From: Thermoplasmata archaeon
Lineage (GTDB): Archaea > Thermoplasmatota > Thermoplasmata > Lutacidiplasmatales > UBA184
Assembly: GCA_030039525.1 (NCBI GenBank)
Contig: JASHVI010000197.1
Location: 1 to 37,894, forward strand
Length of the DNA: 37,894 nt
Reading direction: 5' to 3'
Below are positions 16,968-25,626 of the stretch, piece after piece. The position numbers and the translations under genes are program-made. The notes beneath the pieces were generated by a model. The model did not search any database and was not told the DNA's origin. It was given only the letters and a program-made list of their open reading frames with translations. The first letter of the stretch is position 1. Each line of letters begins with the position of its first letter.

Positions 16968-17491
16968 GACGGTCCCCTCCGCCTCTCGACCGGCGGATTC
17001 GCGGGCTGTGCCGCCGAGGCGTACTCGAGGAGTCCCCCGAGCAACTCGCCGGAGCGCCCCGGATACGCCTCTTCCATCGTCCGGGGCTTCCCGTCGGGGA
17101 ACACCCTCTCGGCGAGGTGCTTGATCCCGAAGGCGGCCAACGCCGTCAGGACGGGGATGGCATCCCGGCCCTTGGACGTCAGTCGGTAGCGGTACTTCCG
17201 GTGGTCCTTGGGATCGAGGATCTTCTCGACGAGCTCCTCCTGGTGGAAGGTGGAAAGCCGGCTGGCGAGCACCCGGGGCGTGAGCCCCGGATTACGCGCG
17301 AGGAGGTCGGTGAAGGTGGGGGGCGGGCGGGAGGTGAGGTCCCGAAGGATACGGAAGGTCCACTTTCCCGACAGGAGGTCGAGGGTCGCCCCCACCGGGC
17401 AGCTGGTGCTGCCCACGGGCTTCAGCATCCGATCCACCCCTTCGGTGGGGACCTTCGGAGCCGGGGCGGCCCCCGACGCGGCGCGCGCCAT
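16964..17491 (-). CDS. HxlR-family winged-helix transcriptional regulator
   Basis: From ATG 17491. CPVGATLDLLSGKWTFRILRDL...FTDL...GLTPRVLASRL...LVEK...YRLTSKGRD is the HxlR signature. Confidence 0.85.
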   Translation of the reverse strand: MARAASGAAPAPKVPTEGVDRMLKPVGSTSCPVGATLDLLSGKWTFRILRDLTSRPPPTFTDLLARNPGLTPRVLASRLSTFHQEELVEKILDPKDHRKYRYRLTSKGRDAIPVLTALAAFGIKHLAERVFPDGKPRTMEEAYPGRSGELLGGLLEYASAAQPANPPVERRRGPS

Positions 17492-17500
17492 GGATGTGCG

Positions 17501-17518
17501 TATACTTACATCAGTATA
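17501..17518. promoter_or_regulatory. Palindrome TATACT-N6-AGTATA in the hxlR/MFS divergent intergenic region (candidate operator/TATA)
   Basis: tatacttacatcagtata has perfect 6-bp inverted arms and lies 10-27 nt upstream of the hxlR ATG. The hexamer agtata recurs at 17611..17616 inside the AT-rich box aaaagtatag, 27-36 nt upstream of the MFS ATG. Confidence 0.4.
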
Positions 17519-17643
17519 AATTCGTAACGCGCTCCTCACCCGAAGCGTTACCGCGCTACAGCTCATTCGGGGGTGGTCGCGATTGTCGGTCATCGTTATG
17601 TAGTGCTAAAAGTATAGCGATTAGTCCCGAGGCGAGTGGGCGG

Positions 17644-19131
17644 ATGACGTCACACCAGACCGCGGAGCGCGAGGACACGGCGCCATCTCCTGCGACCGGC
17701 CGCGGGCGTTGGACCCTCCTTCTGACGGGAATCGGCTTCTTCGTGGTGATCCTCGACGCGTTGGTCGTCGTCACCGCGCTCCCCACGATCCACGCCGACG
17801 TCGGGGGGAACCTCGCCTCCCTCCAGTGGATCCTGAGCGCCTACCTGCTGGCGTTCGGGGCCGGCATCCTCCCGGCCTCCACGCTGGGGGACAAGTTCGG
17901 CCGGAGGAGGCTCTACGCCGCGGGCCTCGCGATCTTCACGGCCGCCTCGGCCGCCGGCGCGCTGGCTCCCTCCCTCGAGACCCTGATCCTGGCCCGGGTG
18001 GTCCAGGGCCTCGGGGCCGCGTTCATCGCTCCGCTGAGCCTGGCCCTCCTGGGCAGCGCCTTCCCCCCGGAGCACCGCGGGGCGATGATCGGGATCTGGG
18101 GGGCGATCGGAGGCGCGGGTATCGCGGCCGGTCCGGTGGTCGGAGGCGCGGTCACCGAGGGCCTCGGCTGGCAGTGGATCTTCTGGATCAACGTCCCGAT
18201 CGGGATCGTGGCCGTTCTCCTCACCCTGCTGAAGGTGCCCGAGAGCCGCGGGGCCGACTCCCACGTGGACCTGCTCGGGGTGGGGCTCGTCTCCGGGGCG
18301 GGGGTCGGGCTGCTCTGGGCCCTCGTCCAGGGCGCGGTGGTCGGCTGGGCGAGCGCGCAGGTCCTGTTCTCGGCGGTGGCGGGGGTCGGGCTGCTGGCGA
18401 CCTTCGTCCTCTGGGAATCGAGGGCCCGGGAACCGATGATGCCGCTCCACCTGTTCCGGAACCGGACCTTCACGTCCGCGAACGCCGTGGGGTTCCTCAG
18501 CCAAGGAGCGATCTTCGCGACCGCCACCCTCGTGACGGAGTACTTCCAGACCGTCCTCGGCTACTCTCCGCTGGACGCGGGCCTGCGGTTCCTCCCGTGG
18601 ACCGCCGTGCCGCTGCTCGTCGCTCCCTACTCGGGCCGGCTCGTCGACCGTATCGGCGCCCGGCCGGTCATGGTGGGCGGGCTCCTCCTCGAGCTGGCCG
18701 GCTTCAGCCTGTTCACGCTGCTGGCCGAGCCCTCGACCCGTTACTCCCTCCTGCTGGCCCCGCTCTTCCTCACGGGTCTCGGGGTCTCGCTCGTTCTGCC
18801 GTCCGCCCCGATGGCGGTGCTGGGCTCGGTGGCCCGCGAGGACATCGGGAAGGCCTCCGGGACCCTCAACTCCTTCATGCGGTTCGGGGGAGCCTTCGTG
18901 GTCGCGCTGGGGACCAGCGTCCTCGCGGTCGACGACGCCCAGGGTTCCGCGGCGGGGTTCCTTTCGGGGTTCCGACCGGCGATGGAGATCATGGTCCTGC
19001 TCACGGTCGTGGGAGTCGCCTTCGCGCTCGCCGTCCGGCCACCGCCCGTGGGGGCGACCGCGAGGGCGTCGCCGGGTGCGCCGGGGTCGGTCCGACCGGC
19101 CCCCGCCCCCGCGGCGTTGGAAGGAATCTAG
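17644..19131 (+). CDS. MFS transporter, DHA2 (EmrB/QacA-like, 14-TMS) drug:H+ antiporter family
   Basis: From ATG 17644 (MTSHQTAER...). LDALVVVTALPTI, LQWILSAYLLAFG and GDKFGRRRLY (MFS motif A), with many hydrophobic segments along about 495 aa. Confidence 0.9.
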   Translation: MTSHQTAEREDTAPSPATGRGRWTLLLTGIGFFVVILDALVVVTALPTIHADVGGNLASLQWILSAYLLAFGAGILPASTLGDKFGRRRLYAAGLAIFTAASAAGALAPSLETLILARVVQGLGAAFIAPLSLALLGSAFPPEHRGAMIGIWGAIGGAGIAAGPVVGGAVTEGLGWQWIFWINVPIGIVAVLLTLLKVPESRGADSHVDLLGVGLVSGAGVGLLWALVQGAVVGWASAQVLFSAVAGVGLLATFVLWESRAREPMMPLHLFRNRTFTSANAVGFLSQGAIFATATLVTEYFQTVLGYSPLDAGLRFLPWTAVPLLVAPYSGRLVDRIGARPVMVGGLLLELAGFSLFTLLAEPSTRYSLLLAPLFLTGLGVSLVLPSAPMAVLGSVAREDIGKASGTLNSFMRFGGAFVVALGTSVLAVDDAQGSAAGFLSGFRPAMEIMVLLTVVGVAFALAVRPPPVGATARASPGAPGSVRPAPAPAALEGI

Positions 19132-19229
19132 ATGAGGGCGACCGCGTGACGGTCCACCGAGAGCGAGACCCCACGGGACCCGCTCCGACCGAGGACCTGA
19201 CACGCCGTGACCGAGAGCCGGATTCCCGG

Positions 19230-19646
19230 ATGAGGTCCAAGGCATCGAAGCCCGCGGGAGCGAGCGGGACCCCTCCGAAGCAGTTCGAGGCCCGGCTGCG
19301 GCGGACGCAGGACTGGCGAGCGGAGACCTTCGCTCGGCTCCGGGCGTTGATCGTCCGGGCGGATCCCGAGATCGTCGAGGAGCTGAAGTGGAAGAAGCCG
19401 AGCAACCCGGAGGGGGACCCCGTGTGGTCCCACGACGGGATCGTGTGCGTGGGGAACGACCTCAAGAATTCGGTGCGGCTGACGTTCGCGCAGGGCGCGG
19501 AGATCCGCGACCCGACCGGGCTGTTCAACTCCCGGCTCGATAGCAAGTCGGTCCGCGCCCTCGACGTGTTCGAGGGGGACGCCGTGGACGATCGCGCGTT
19601 GATCGCGATCGTACGCGAGGCGGTCCGGCTCAACTCGGTCGACTGA
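19230..19646 (+). CDS. DUF1801 (YdhG-like) domain protein
   Basis: The last 138 codons of the 645-aa ORF 17709..19646, from ATG 19230: ...FARLRALIVRADPEIVEELKWKKPSNPEGDPVWSHDGIVCVGNDLKNSVRLTFAQGAEI... fits the DUF1801 pattern. The upstream part of the ORF is a shadow of the MFS gene. Confidence 0.7.
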   Translation: MRSKASKPAGASGTPPKQFEARLRRTQDWRAETFARLRALIVRADPEIVEELKWKKPSNPEGDPVWSHDGIVCVGNDLKNSVRLTFAQGAEIRDPTGLFNSRLDSKSVRALDVFEGDAVDDRALIAIVREAVRLNSVD

Positions 19647-19771
19647 CGAGGGATACCGGCGGGAAGATCCCCGCGAGGTCGGGAGGATCGGATCGGAGCG
19701 GCTCGCGACCCGCCCACGGTCGCGACCCGGCGTTCCACCCGCCCCGGGGATCCGGGTTCGTCCGTCGTCGC

Positions 19772-20221
19772 TCAGCCGTCGAGCCGGGATCGGAGGTCGT
19801 GGCCGTTCTCGAGGACGGATTTCAGGTTCAGGGCGAAGTACGTCCATCCCCACTCGGCACCCCCGTAGAGATCGGTCCACTTCTCGTCCTTCGGAAAGCC
19901 GGAATGTTCCACCACCAGGAGGGCGCCGTCGTCCTTGGGCTCCACGGAGAGCTTGAACTCGGTGCCCTGCAGATCCACCCCCGGCCAGCTCCACGCGAAG
20001 GTGACGCTCTTGCCCGGTGCCAGGTCGAGGATCGTTCCCGTGTGGGTCGGACCGCCGTCCCAGCCGAGCGAGTAGCGCGCCCCCTTCCGGTCGGTGCCTT
20101 CGGCACGATCCGCCAGCCACGTGACCAACATCCGGGGGTCGGTGATGGCCTCGAAGACCCGGGCGGGCGATGCTCGGACGAAGTACTGGTGGCTGACCGA
20201 TCGGGTTCCCGTCGCCGCCAT
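19772..20221 (-). CDS. SRPBCC superfamily protein (Aha1/AHSA1-like domain)
   Basis: VRASPARVFEAITDPRMLVTWLA...VEHSGFP......WGWTYFALNLKSVLE is typical of the bacterial/archaeal AHSA1-domain family. Confidence 0.85.
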   Translation of the reverse strand: MAATGTRSVSHQYFVRASPARVFEAITDPRMLVTWLADRAEGTDRKGARYSLGWDGGPTHTGTILDLAPGKSVTFAWSWPGVDLQGTEFKLSVEPKDDGALLVVEHSGFPKDEKWTDLYGGAEWGWTYFALNLKSVLENGHDLRSRLDG

Positions 20222-20513
20222 GCCGCTCGCTCCGTGGGGCCCAGCGCGGGACCGCCCTTAACGCTCGAGGGCTGCTCGAAACCTCGGGACCCGGTTCGGA
20301 GCCTCTCGCCTCGCTCGAGTGGGCCGCTCCGGCAGGGGCCTCCAGGGGCTCGAACGGCGCCGGGGACTCCGAACCCCCGGGCGTTCCGAAGGCTCCGAAC
20401 GGCGCGAGGGGGCCCGCTCCTCCCGGTACCGCGCGGAGCGAACCGTGCCTGCCACCCGGCGAGCCGGCTTAAAGAGCGGGCCGACGCTGGACGCCCAGCC
20501 CGCGGAGGCGAGC

Positions 20514-21323
20514 GTGCCCGAGCCGAGATCCTCTTCCGAATCGTCCGTACGGCGCCGTTCCGCGAACGACGGACGGCGCCTCCGCGCGCTGGGTCCGTGG
20601 ACGCTCGGCACCGCCGCGGCCGTCCTGATCCTGCTGGGAGGGTCGGCCGGGGCCGCGGCACCGGCGACCTACCTTCACTGGTCCGCGCCGTTCCACGGAG
20701 CGAGCCTGTCGTTCAGCCCTACCCCGGATAACCACTGCCGAACGGCCGTCGTCGGAGGGCCCCGGATCTTCTCGAAGCAGGGGCGACTGGAGTTCAACCT
20801 CACCGTCGTCGGAGGGGTCAACAGCTCCCTGTGCCCCCGGGGCGGACCCCCCGGCTACCGGTCGACGAGCGCCGAGGGGATCTTCGTGTCGAACTTCACC
20901 TCGACTCGCTCCGGCCCGGTCACGGTCCGAGCGGTCTGGAAGGTCGCGTGGATCGTCAATCTCTCGGTACCGGCGGCGCATCCGTCCGGGTACCTCGCCG
21001 GGGCCGAGGCCTATGGCACGGTCGTCCTCTACGACCGGACGACCGGGGCGACCTGGACGAGTCCCGGCTCGGGCGGCTTCGCGTACGATCACGGGGTCGA
21101 CCTGATCGGGAACGTGACGAACGTCAACGTCAGCTTCTCGAAGCTTCTCTCCTTCCCGATCCCCGCGACGCTGACGCGCGGCGACGCCTACTCGTTGATG
21201 CTCACGCTCGGGATGTCGGCGACCGTCTACTCGGTCGTCCGGTCGTTCGGACCGGTGACCTCCCACGCGACCTTTGGCCCGGCGGGGAGCAAGGCGGGGC
21301 TCGTCAGCGTCTCCATCTCCTAG
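20514..21323 (+). CDS. Secreted sequon-rich protein, paralogue F
   Basis: ORF 20319..21323. I prefer GTG 20514 because a TATA-like gcttaaagagc (20467..20477) lies about 40 nt upstream. Basic N-region (RRRSANDGRRLRAL), hydrophobic TLGTAAAVLILLGGSAGAAAP, WSAPFHGAS after the signal, VRAVWKVAWIVNL, SFPIPATLTRGDAY. The start codon is uncertain. Confidence 0.7.
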   Translation: MPEPRSSSESSVRRRSANDGRRLRALGPWTLGTAAAVLILLGGSAGAAAPATYLHWSAPFHGASLSFSPTPDNHCRTAVVGGPRIFSKQGRLEFNLTVVGGVNSSLCPRGGPPGYRSTSAEGIFVSNFTSTRSGPVTVRAVWKVAWIVNLSVPAAHPSGYLAGAEAYGTVVLYDRTTGATWTSPGSGGFAYDHGVDLIGNVTNVNVSFSKLLSFPIPATLTRGDAYSLMLTLGMSATVYSVVRSFGPVTSHATFGPAGSKAGLVSVSIS

Positions 21324-21397
21324 CGCCCCCGGCCGGGGGCGACCGCAGCCTCCCCGAGAGCGCCTCCCGACTCGCCTCCACGGACCGACCGCCGGGC

Positions 21398-21655
21398 TCA
21401 GCGGTGAGGGCATCCGGCCCAGCAACAGGGCCGGCGCATCCCGCTCCGCATCTTGTCCAGGCCGACGACGATCCGCCGCCTCCGGGTCTCTCCCTTCTTC
21501 GCCGAGGTGACCCAGCAGATCCACTCGTTGCGCGCGAGCGGGGTGATGTCCTTCCAGACTCCGTCCGCCACGGGGTCCGAAGCGACCGCCTTCCGGAAAT
21601 CGGCCGGCATCGTGTGGACCGGGCCCTTGGAGGCTGCCTTTCGCGACATGGCCAC
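21398..21655 (-). CDS. YdeI/OmpD-associated family protein
   Basis: PADFRKAV...W..ITPLARNEWICWV.SAKK.ETR..RI......M..G.RRPCCWAGCPHR is the characteristic C-terminal CCWxGCxHR signature of this family. Confidence 0.75.
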   Translation of the reverse strand: MAMSRKAASKGPVHTMPADFRKAVASDPVADGVWKDITPLARNEWICWVTSAKKGETRRRRIVVGLDKMRSGMRRPCCWAGCPHR

Positions 21656-21890
21656 GCTCGCCCGCTAGCTCGGGCCCCCGGCAGGGGCTCCCGAGGGAGT
21701 CCGGAGATGAAGGACCTTACCCTCCCGGCCCCCGCGGGGCGGAACGGATCGATCGACGCCCCGGAGCCTGCGTTCCCTCGGGATGGAGGTCGCCGTCGGC
21801 TCCGCGCGGGGGAGCCGGGTCGGCCCCCCGGAGTTCGGCTCCGGAGCCACGGCCCCGCCCTTATACACCGTCCGATCGTCGCGGCCGATC

Positions 21891-22727
21891 ATGCCGTGGA
21901 AGTACACGGACGAGTACTATCGGAAGTACACCCGGTCCACCTGGAACTCGGTCGCGAAGGCGTACTCGGGCTTCACCGAGCGGCTCGAGCCCGCCCGTCT
22001 CGAGCTGGTCCGCCGCCTCCGGCCGGAGAGGGGAGAGCGCATCCTGGACCTCGCCTGCGGCCCCGGAGAGCCCGCGATCTCGATCGCCGGCTCCGTCGGC
22101 GAGACGGGCGAAGTGCTGGGCGTGGACCTCGCGAAGGAGATGGTCTCCCTCGCCCGAAGCACCGCCCGGGCCCAGGGGGTCGACAACGTCCGCTTCCGGG
22201 TGATGGACTGCGAGCGGCTGAGGATCCCGGCGGCCACCTACGACGCCGCCGTGAGCGCGTACGGGTTCCAGATCTTCACGAATCCGGAGAAGGCCGCCCG
22301 CGAGGTCCTCCGGATCCTCAAGCCGGGCGGCCGGATGTCGGTCTGCATCTGGGGCACGGGAGCCCGAGTGCCGTATCTCCACGCCATCGTCGGACCGATG
22401 CTCGCGCATGCCGAACCCGACGAGACGGGGTACCTCCCCACCCCCTACGAGCTCGGAGGGAAGGGCGAGATGGTCCGCTTTCTTCGGGAGGCCGGCTTCC
22501 GCAGCGCGTCGGAGACGCGCGTCGCGCACCAGTATCGCTTCCGGGACCCGGAAGAGTACCTCGCCGTGGTGCTCGGAGGGACCCCGATCGGTCACTCCCT
22601 CTCGGAGGAGGAGCCCAAGATCCAGGAGGAGGTGCTCGCGGCGACGCGAGCGAACCTCCTCCGCGCTTCCACGGCGGGCGGGATCCGGCTCTCCGGCGAG
22701 AGCGTCTTCGTGACCGCCCGCAAGTGA
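21891..22727 (+). CDS. Class I SAM-dependent methyltransferase
   Basis: From ATG 21891 (MPWKYTDEYY...). Motif I is ILDLACGPGEPA and post-I is VLGVDLAKEM, plus LKPGGRMSV. A TATA-like ttatac at 21861..21866 lies about 25-30 nt upstream. Confidence 0.85.
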   Translation: MPWKYTDEYYRKYTRSTWNSVAKAYSGFTERLEPARLELVRRLRPERGERILDLACGPGEPAISIAGSVGETGEVLGVDLAKEMVSLARSTARAQGVDNVRFRVMDCERLRIPAATYDAAVSAYGFQIFTNPEKAAREVLRILKPGGRMSVCIWGTGARVPYLHAIVGPMLAHAEPDETGYLPTPYELGGKGEMVRFLREAGFRSASETRVAHQYRFRDPEEYLAVVLGGTPIGHSLSEEEPKIQEEVLAATRANLLRASTAGGIRLSGESVFVTARK

Positions 22728-22734
22728 TCCGAGG

Positions 22735-23220
22735 TCAGGCTGTCCGGGACCGCCGCCGCGCGGGGCGTCGACTCCTCGCGTAGTCCGCCTCGAGCGCCCG
22801 GCGGAAGTTCTCCCAGTCGTGGGCCAGGCCCCGCTCGAGGGAGCGCTTCGACGGGTTCTCCGTGCCGAGCACCATGGGGGTCCGGCGACCCCGGAGCGTG
22901 AGCAGCGTCCGGTCCCTCGGCAAGGAGGTCAGCCGATAGTCGACGTGCCAACCTCGGTAGTTTCCGACGGCCTCCCCGTGCCACCGGTCGGGAGGGTGGA
23001 TGGTCACCGTCCAGCGGCTCCAGACCCAGCCCTCGGGGGTATGGTCGAGGTCCTCGAAGACGACGCGCCCCGGCGAACGCTTCAGGATCCGGCGGCGGAA
23101 TCGAGAGCGCTCGAGCTTGGCATCCGTCGGGGAGTAGTCCGTGCACCAGCGAAGGACGAACGGGATCGGAGCGTTGAACTTCGTTCGAACCACGTAGGTC
23201 TGGGGGCTGGCCTTCGCCAC
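22735..23220 (-). CDS. Hypothetical protein, possibly SRPBCC/START-like
   Basis: 161-aa ORF with protein-like composition. The N-terminus VVRTKFNAPIPFVLRWCTDYSPTD resembles the first strand-helix of SRPBCC proteins. The family assignment is weak. Confidence 0.5.
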   Translation of the reverse strand: MAKASPQTYVVRTKFNAPIPFVLRWCTDYSPTDAKLERSRFRRRILKRSPGRVVFEDLDHTPEGWVWSRWTVTIHPPDRWHGEAVGNYRGWHVDYRLTSLPRDRTLLTLRGRRTPMVLGTENPSKRSLERGLAHDWENFRRALEADYARSRRPARRRSRTA

Positions 23221-23390
23221 CGGAGCGCCTCTCGCGCCGCCCAGCGCGCGACGAGGGATGTACCTTTCCCGAGGCGCGCGGCGAGTCCGACGGTCGCTCG
23301 AGATCCTCTCGGGCGCCGGTCGTCAGCCGTGAGCCCGAATCCGCGGGAGGTGGGCACACTCCATCAGGGTGCCCCGCCTCCCGATGAGCC

Positions 23391-23696
23391 ATGCCGGGCC
23401 CCGACGAGTCGGCGACGCCGCCGTTCCCGGAGCCCCACCGAGGTTCCGAGGCCGCCACGGAGCGACGCCCCCGGGCCGCGGGCGAAGGTCGCCCGGCGCC
23501 CCCGCCTGGGGGGCTTCCGATCCCGTTCCCGGAATCGCTGTGCCATCGGTGCGCCGCGCCGCCGCAGTACATTCGGACCTCCCGGAGCGTCTTCGTCCGA
23601 TGTCCGCTCGTGCCGGAGCGGTATCCTCGGCAGCCGGTGCTGCAGTGCGCGCTGTTCCGCCCCCGGGAGGGCGGTACCGGCCCGCCGGAGCTCTAG
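23391..23696 (+). CDS. Hypothetical Cys-containing protein (conserved-looking C-terminal half)
   Basis: SLCHRCAAPPQYIRTSRSVFVRCPLVPERYPRQPVLQCALFRP resembles a small conserved family I recall with the pattern CxxC...SxFLxC...YPxQPVxxC. The N-terminal half is low complexity and the true start is unclear. Confidence 0.4.
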   Translation: MPGPDESATPPFPEPHRGSEAATERRPRAAGEGRPAPPPGGLPIPFPESLCHRCAAPPQYIRTSRSVFVRCPLVPERYPRQPVLQCALFRPREGGTGPPEL

Positions 23697-23824
23697 CGAT
23701 CCGGACGCCCGAGCGCCGGCGAGTCCGCGTACCCGGGATCCCGGGGGACGCACGGCCGCAGATCGGCGAGGGCCGGCTCTGGCCGACCTCGCATCTTAAA
23801 GATGGGAGGGCGGATTCCCCCGCC

Positions 23825-23974
23825 ATGTGCAAGCGCTGCGCTCCGGGGAGCCTGAAGGATCCCGTGCCCGCCCCCAGCTGCCAGTGTGCCTGCCCGGGTC
23901 CGAAAATCGTCCAAGGGGACGGGGCCAGCCCCATGAAGTGCCTCCTGTGCGGCCACGGGCTCCCCGTCCGGTAG
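23825..23974 (+). CDS. Very small Cys-rich (zinc-ribbon-like) ORF, speculative
   Basis: MCKRCAPGS...CQCACPG...KCLLCGHGLPVR (CxxC...CxxC), from an internal ATG of ORF 23369..23974. There is no other support. Confidence 0.25.
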   Translation: MCKRCAPGSLKDPVPAPSCQCACPGPKIVQGDGASPMKCLLCGHGLPVR

Positions 23975-24029
23975 GTCTCCGACCCGGGGCCCCTACCGGG
24001 CTCCCGCGCCGGCTCGGGGAGCCTTAACC

Positions 24030-24489
24030 GAGCGGTGGCCTGACCGACCTCGGGAGCGTGATCTCCGCGGGGGTAAGCTCGCCCGAAACTGGAGCACGTC
24101 GCGGTCGGGATCCCGGGAGCTCCGAGCCCGAGGGTCGAAGCCGGACAGCGGTTCCTGATCGCGCCCTTCCGGGATCTTGGTGAGCCAGTACTCGCACGGG
24201 GCCGCGATCCCGGGTGTCTCGCGGGTCGCTCCGAGGTCGGCGAGCGCGAGCAAGTTCCAGGCGGTCGAGAGGAACGGCGGGTAGAGCGGGTGGCGCTCGC
24301 TCAGCCACCACCCCCGGGGTCCCGACGCGAAAGAATCTCTCGCGCCCACGGCTCCTCCGGGATCTTCGCCCGAGGGGCACGGACCTCCGGGCCCGACCCA
24401 GGTCGTCCCAGGACTCCCGTCAGCGTGCGGTCGCGAATCGACGGTTGGCTCGGGTCGAGCAGCCAGCTCAGGACCCGGTCGCGCGACAC
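24030..24489 (-). pseudogene. Frameshifted and truncated remnant of an alpha/alpha-toroid (prenyltransferase/terpene-cyclase-like repeat) protein gene
   Basis: Two minus-strand frames join into one protein-like sequence: VSRDRVLSWLLDPSQPSIRDRTLTGVLGRPGSGPEVRAPRAKIPEEPWAREILSRRDPGGG (frame of ORF 24301..24774), then WWLSERHPLYPPFLSTAWNLLALADLGATRETPGIAAPCEYWL (frame of ORF 23993..24349). The switch is at a G/C homopolymer near 24306..24320. The joined sequence resembles the N-terminus of a longer (I recall about 300 aa) family, but it degenerates after about 150 aa. Confidence 0.35.
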
Positions 24490-24532
24490 GAACCCGCCTC
24501 GGACGCCCGCGCCGTGGCCACGGGAGCTCCGG

Positions 24533-25333
24533 TCAGACGCATTGAATCGTCTCGCCCCCGTCGACATCCCACGTGGCGCCGACCGCAAAGCTCGCTCGCT
24601 CCGACGCCAGGAAGCAGACGACGCTCGCGATCTCCTCGGGGCGACCGAACCGCCCGATCGGCAGGGGCCTCGCGTGGTCTTCGAGCCAAGGCCCGATCTT
24701 CTTCTTGTCGCCCCCGGTAAAGATCCGTGCGGCCTTCTGCCAGAGGGCGGTGTCGACCCGACCCGGGCAGACACAATTGACGCGGATCCTGTCCGCGATC
24801 AGCCTCAACGCCATGGACCTCGAGTACGAGACGAGGGCCGCCTTGGTCGCGAAGTAGTCGACCAGGTGGGGCCGGGCCTCGTGGCCCCATATCGAGGCCA
24901 CGTTGACGATGGCTCCGCCGCCTTGGTCCCGCATCAAGGGGGCGACCTCCCTCGTGCAGCGCGCGGCCCCCAGGAGGTTCACCTCGAAGGAGAAGTTCCA
25001 ATCGGCATCGGCCAGATCCTCGGACTTGGCCGCCCAAGCGCCCTCCGAGAGGTCTCCGGCGTTGTTGATCAGAATGTCGACTCGGCCGAATCGCCTCTTG
25101 GCTTTCCGGATCCCTCGTTGGACCTCGGCGGCTTTCGTCACGTCCATCGGAATCGCGAGCGCGACGACGCCGGAGGGCTCGAGGGCCCGCCGCACCTCCT
25201 CCAGGGCCGCGGAGTCCCGCGAGCAAAGCGCGACGTTGGCGCCCTCCCCCGCGAGACGCACGGCGATCTCGCGTCCGATGCCGCGGCTGGCGCCGGTGAC
25301 TATCGCGGACTTTCCTCGGAGCTCGAGGTCCAT
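24533..25333 (-). CDS. Short-chain dehydrogenase/reductase (SDR) family oxidoreductase
   Basis: TGASRGIG (cofactor motif), NNAG and YFATK (YxxxK), plus the C-terminal ASFAVGATWDVDGG. Confidence 0.9.
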   Translation of the reverse strand: MDLELRGKSAIVTGASRGIGREIAVRLAGEGANVALCSRDSAALEEVRRALEPSGVVALAIPMDVTKAAEVQRGIRKAKRRFGRVDILINNAGDLSEGAWAAKSEDLADADWNFSFEVNLLGAARCTREVAPLMRDQGGGAIVNVASIWGHEARPHLVDYFATKAALVSYSRSMALRLIADRIRVNCVCPGRVDTALWQKAARIFTGGDKKKIGPWLEDHARPLPIGRFGRPEEIASVVCFLASERASFAVGATWDVDGGETIQCV

Positions 25334-25548
25334 ACGATCGTCTCAGTCCCCGAACGAGGCCCCACGGTTGAACCTGCCGTAGGCGCCCGAGAATGCCCGC
25401 CGTTCGCCGTCCCTCCCGGGCGTGGAGGGTCGGTCGTTCGGTCGTCGGCCCACCTCTCAATTCGATCGGCCTCCGGACCCCGATCGACGACGCGCGGTGG
25501 TCTCGCCGAGGGCGGCGCCACTACACGTCCCAAAGCGCTGAAGTTTGT

Positions 25549-25588
25549 GTCGGGGGGGGGTGAACCGCAAGAACGTTCCAATCCCAAC
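25549..25588 (+). repeat. Junction repeat U1 (core only; the left extension is degenerate)
   Basis: gtc-G9-tgaaccgcaagaacgttccaatcccaac. It shares the GTCG(n)TGAAC-N9-GTTCxAATCCCxAC core with U2-U4. Confidence 0.7.
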
Positions 25589-25626
25589 CTGGGACGAAAG
25601 GCTCTTGTATGGTCAAACGGATATGT

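Noticed and set aside
17650-19646. 531-aa minus-strand ORF (17650..19245) and 645-aa plus-strand ORF (17709..19646) overlapping the MFS transporter gene
   Set aside because: Both are extremely Arg/Gly/Pro/Glu-rich with no motifs and overlap a 14-TMS transporter that has clear family signatures. Only the final 138 codons of 17709..19646 (DUF1801) were kept.
20469-22783. 351-aa minus ORF (20469..21524) and 650-aa plus ORF (20831..22783)
   Set aside because: They overlap four independently supported genes (paralogue F, YdeI, SAM methyltransferase) in other frames or strands. Arg-rich with no motifs.
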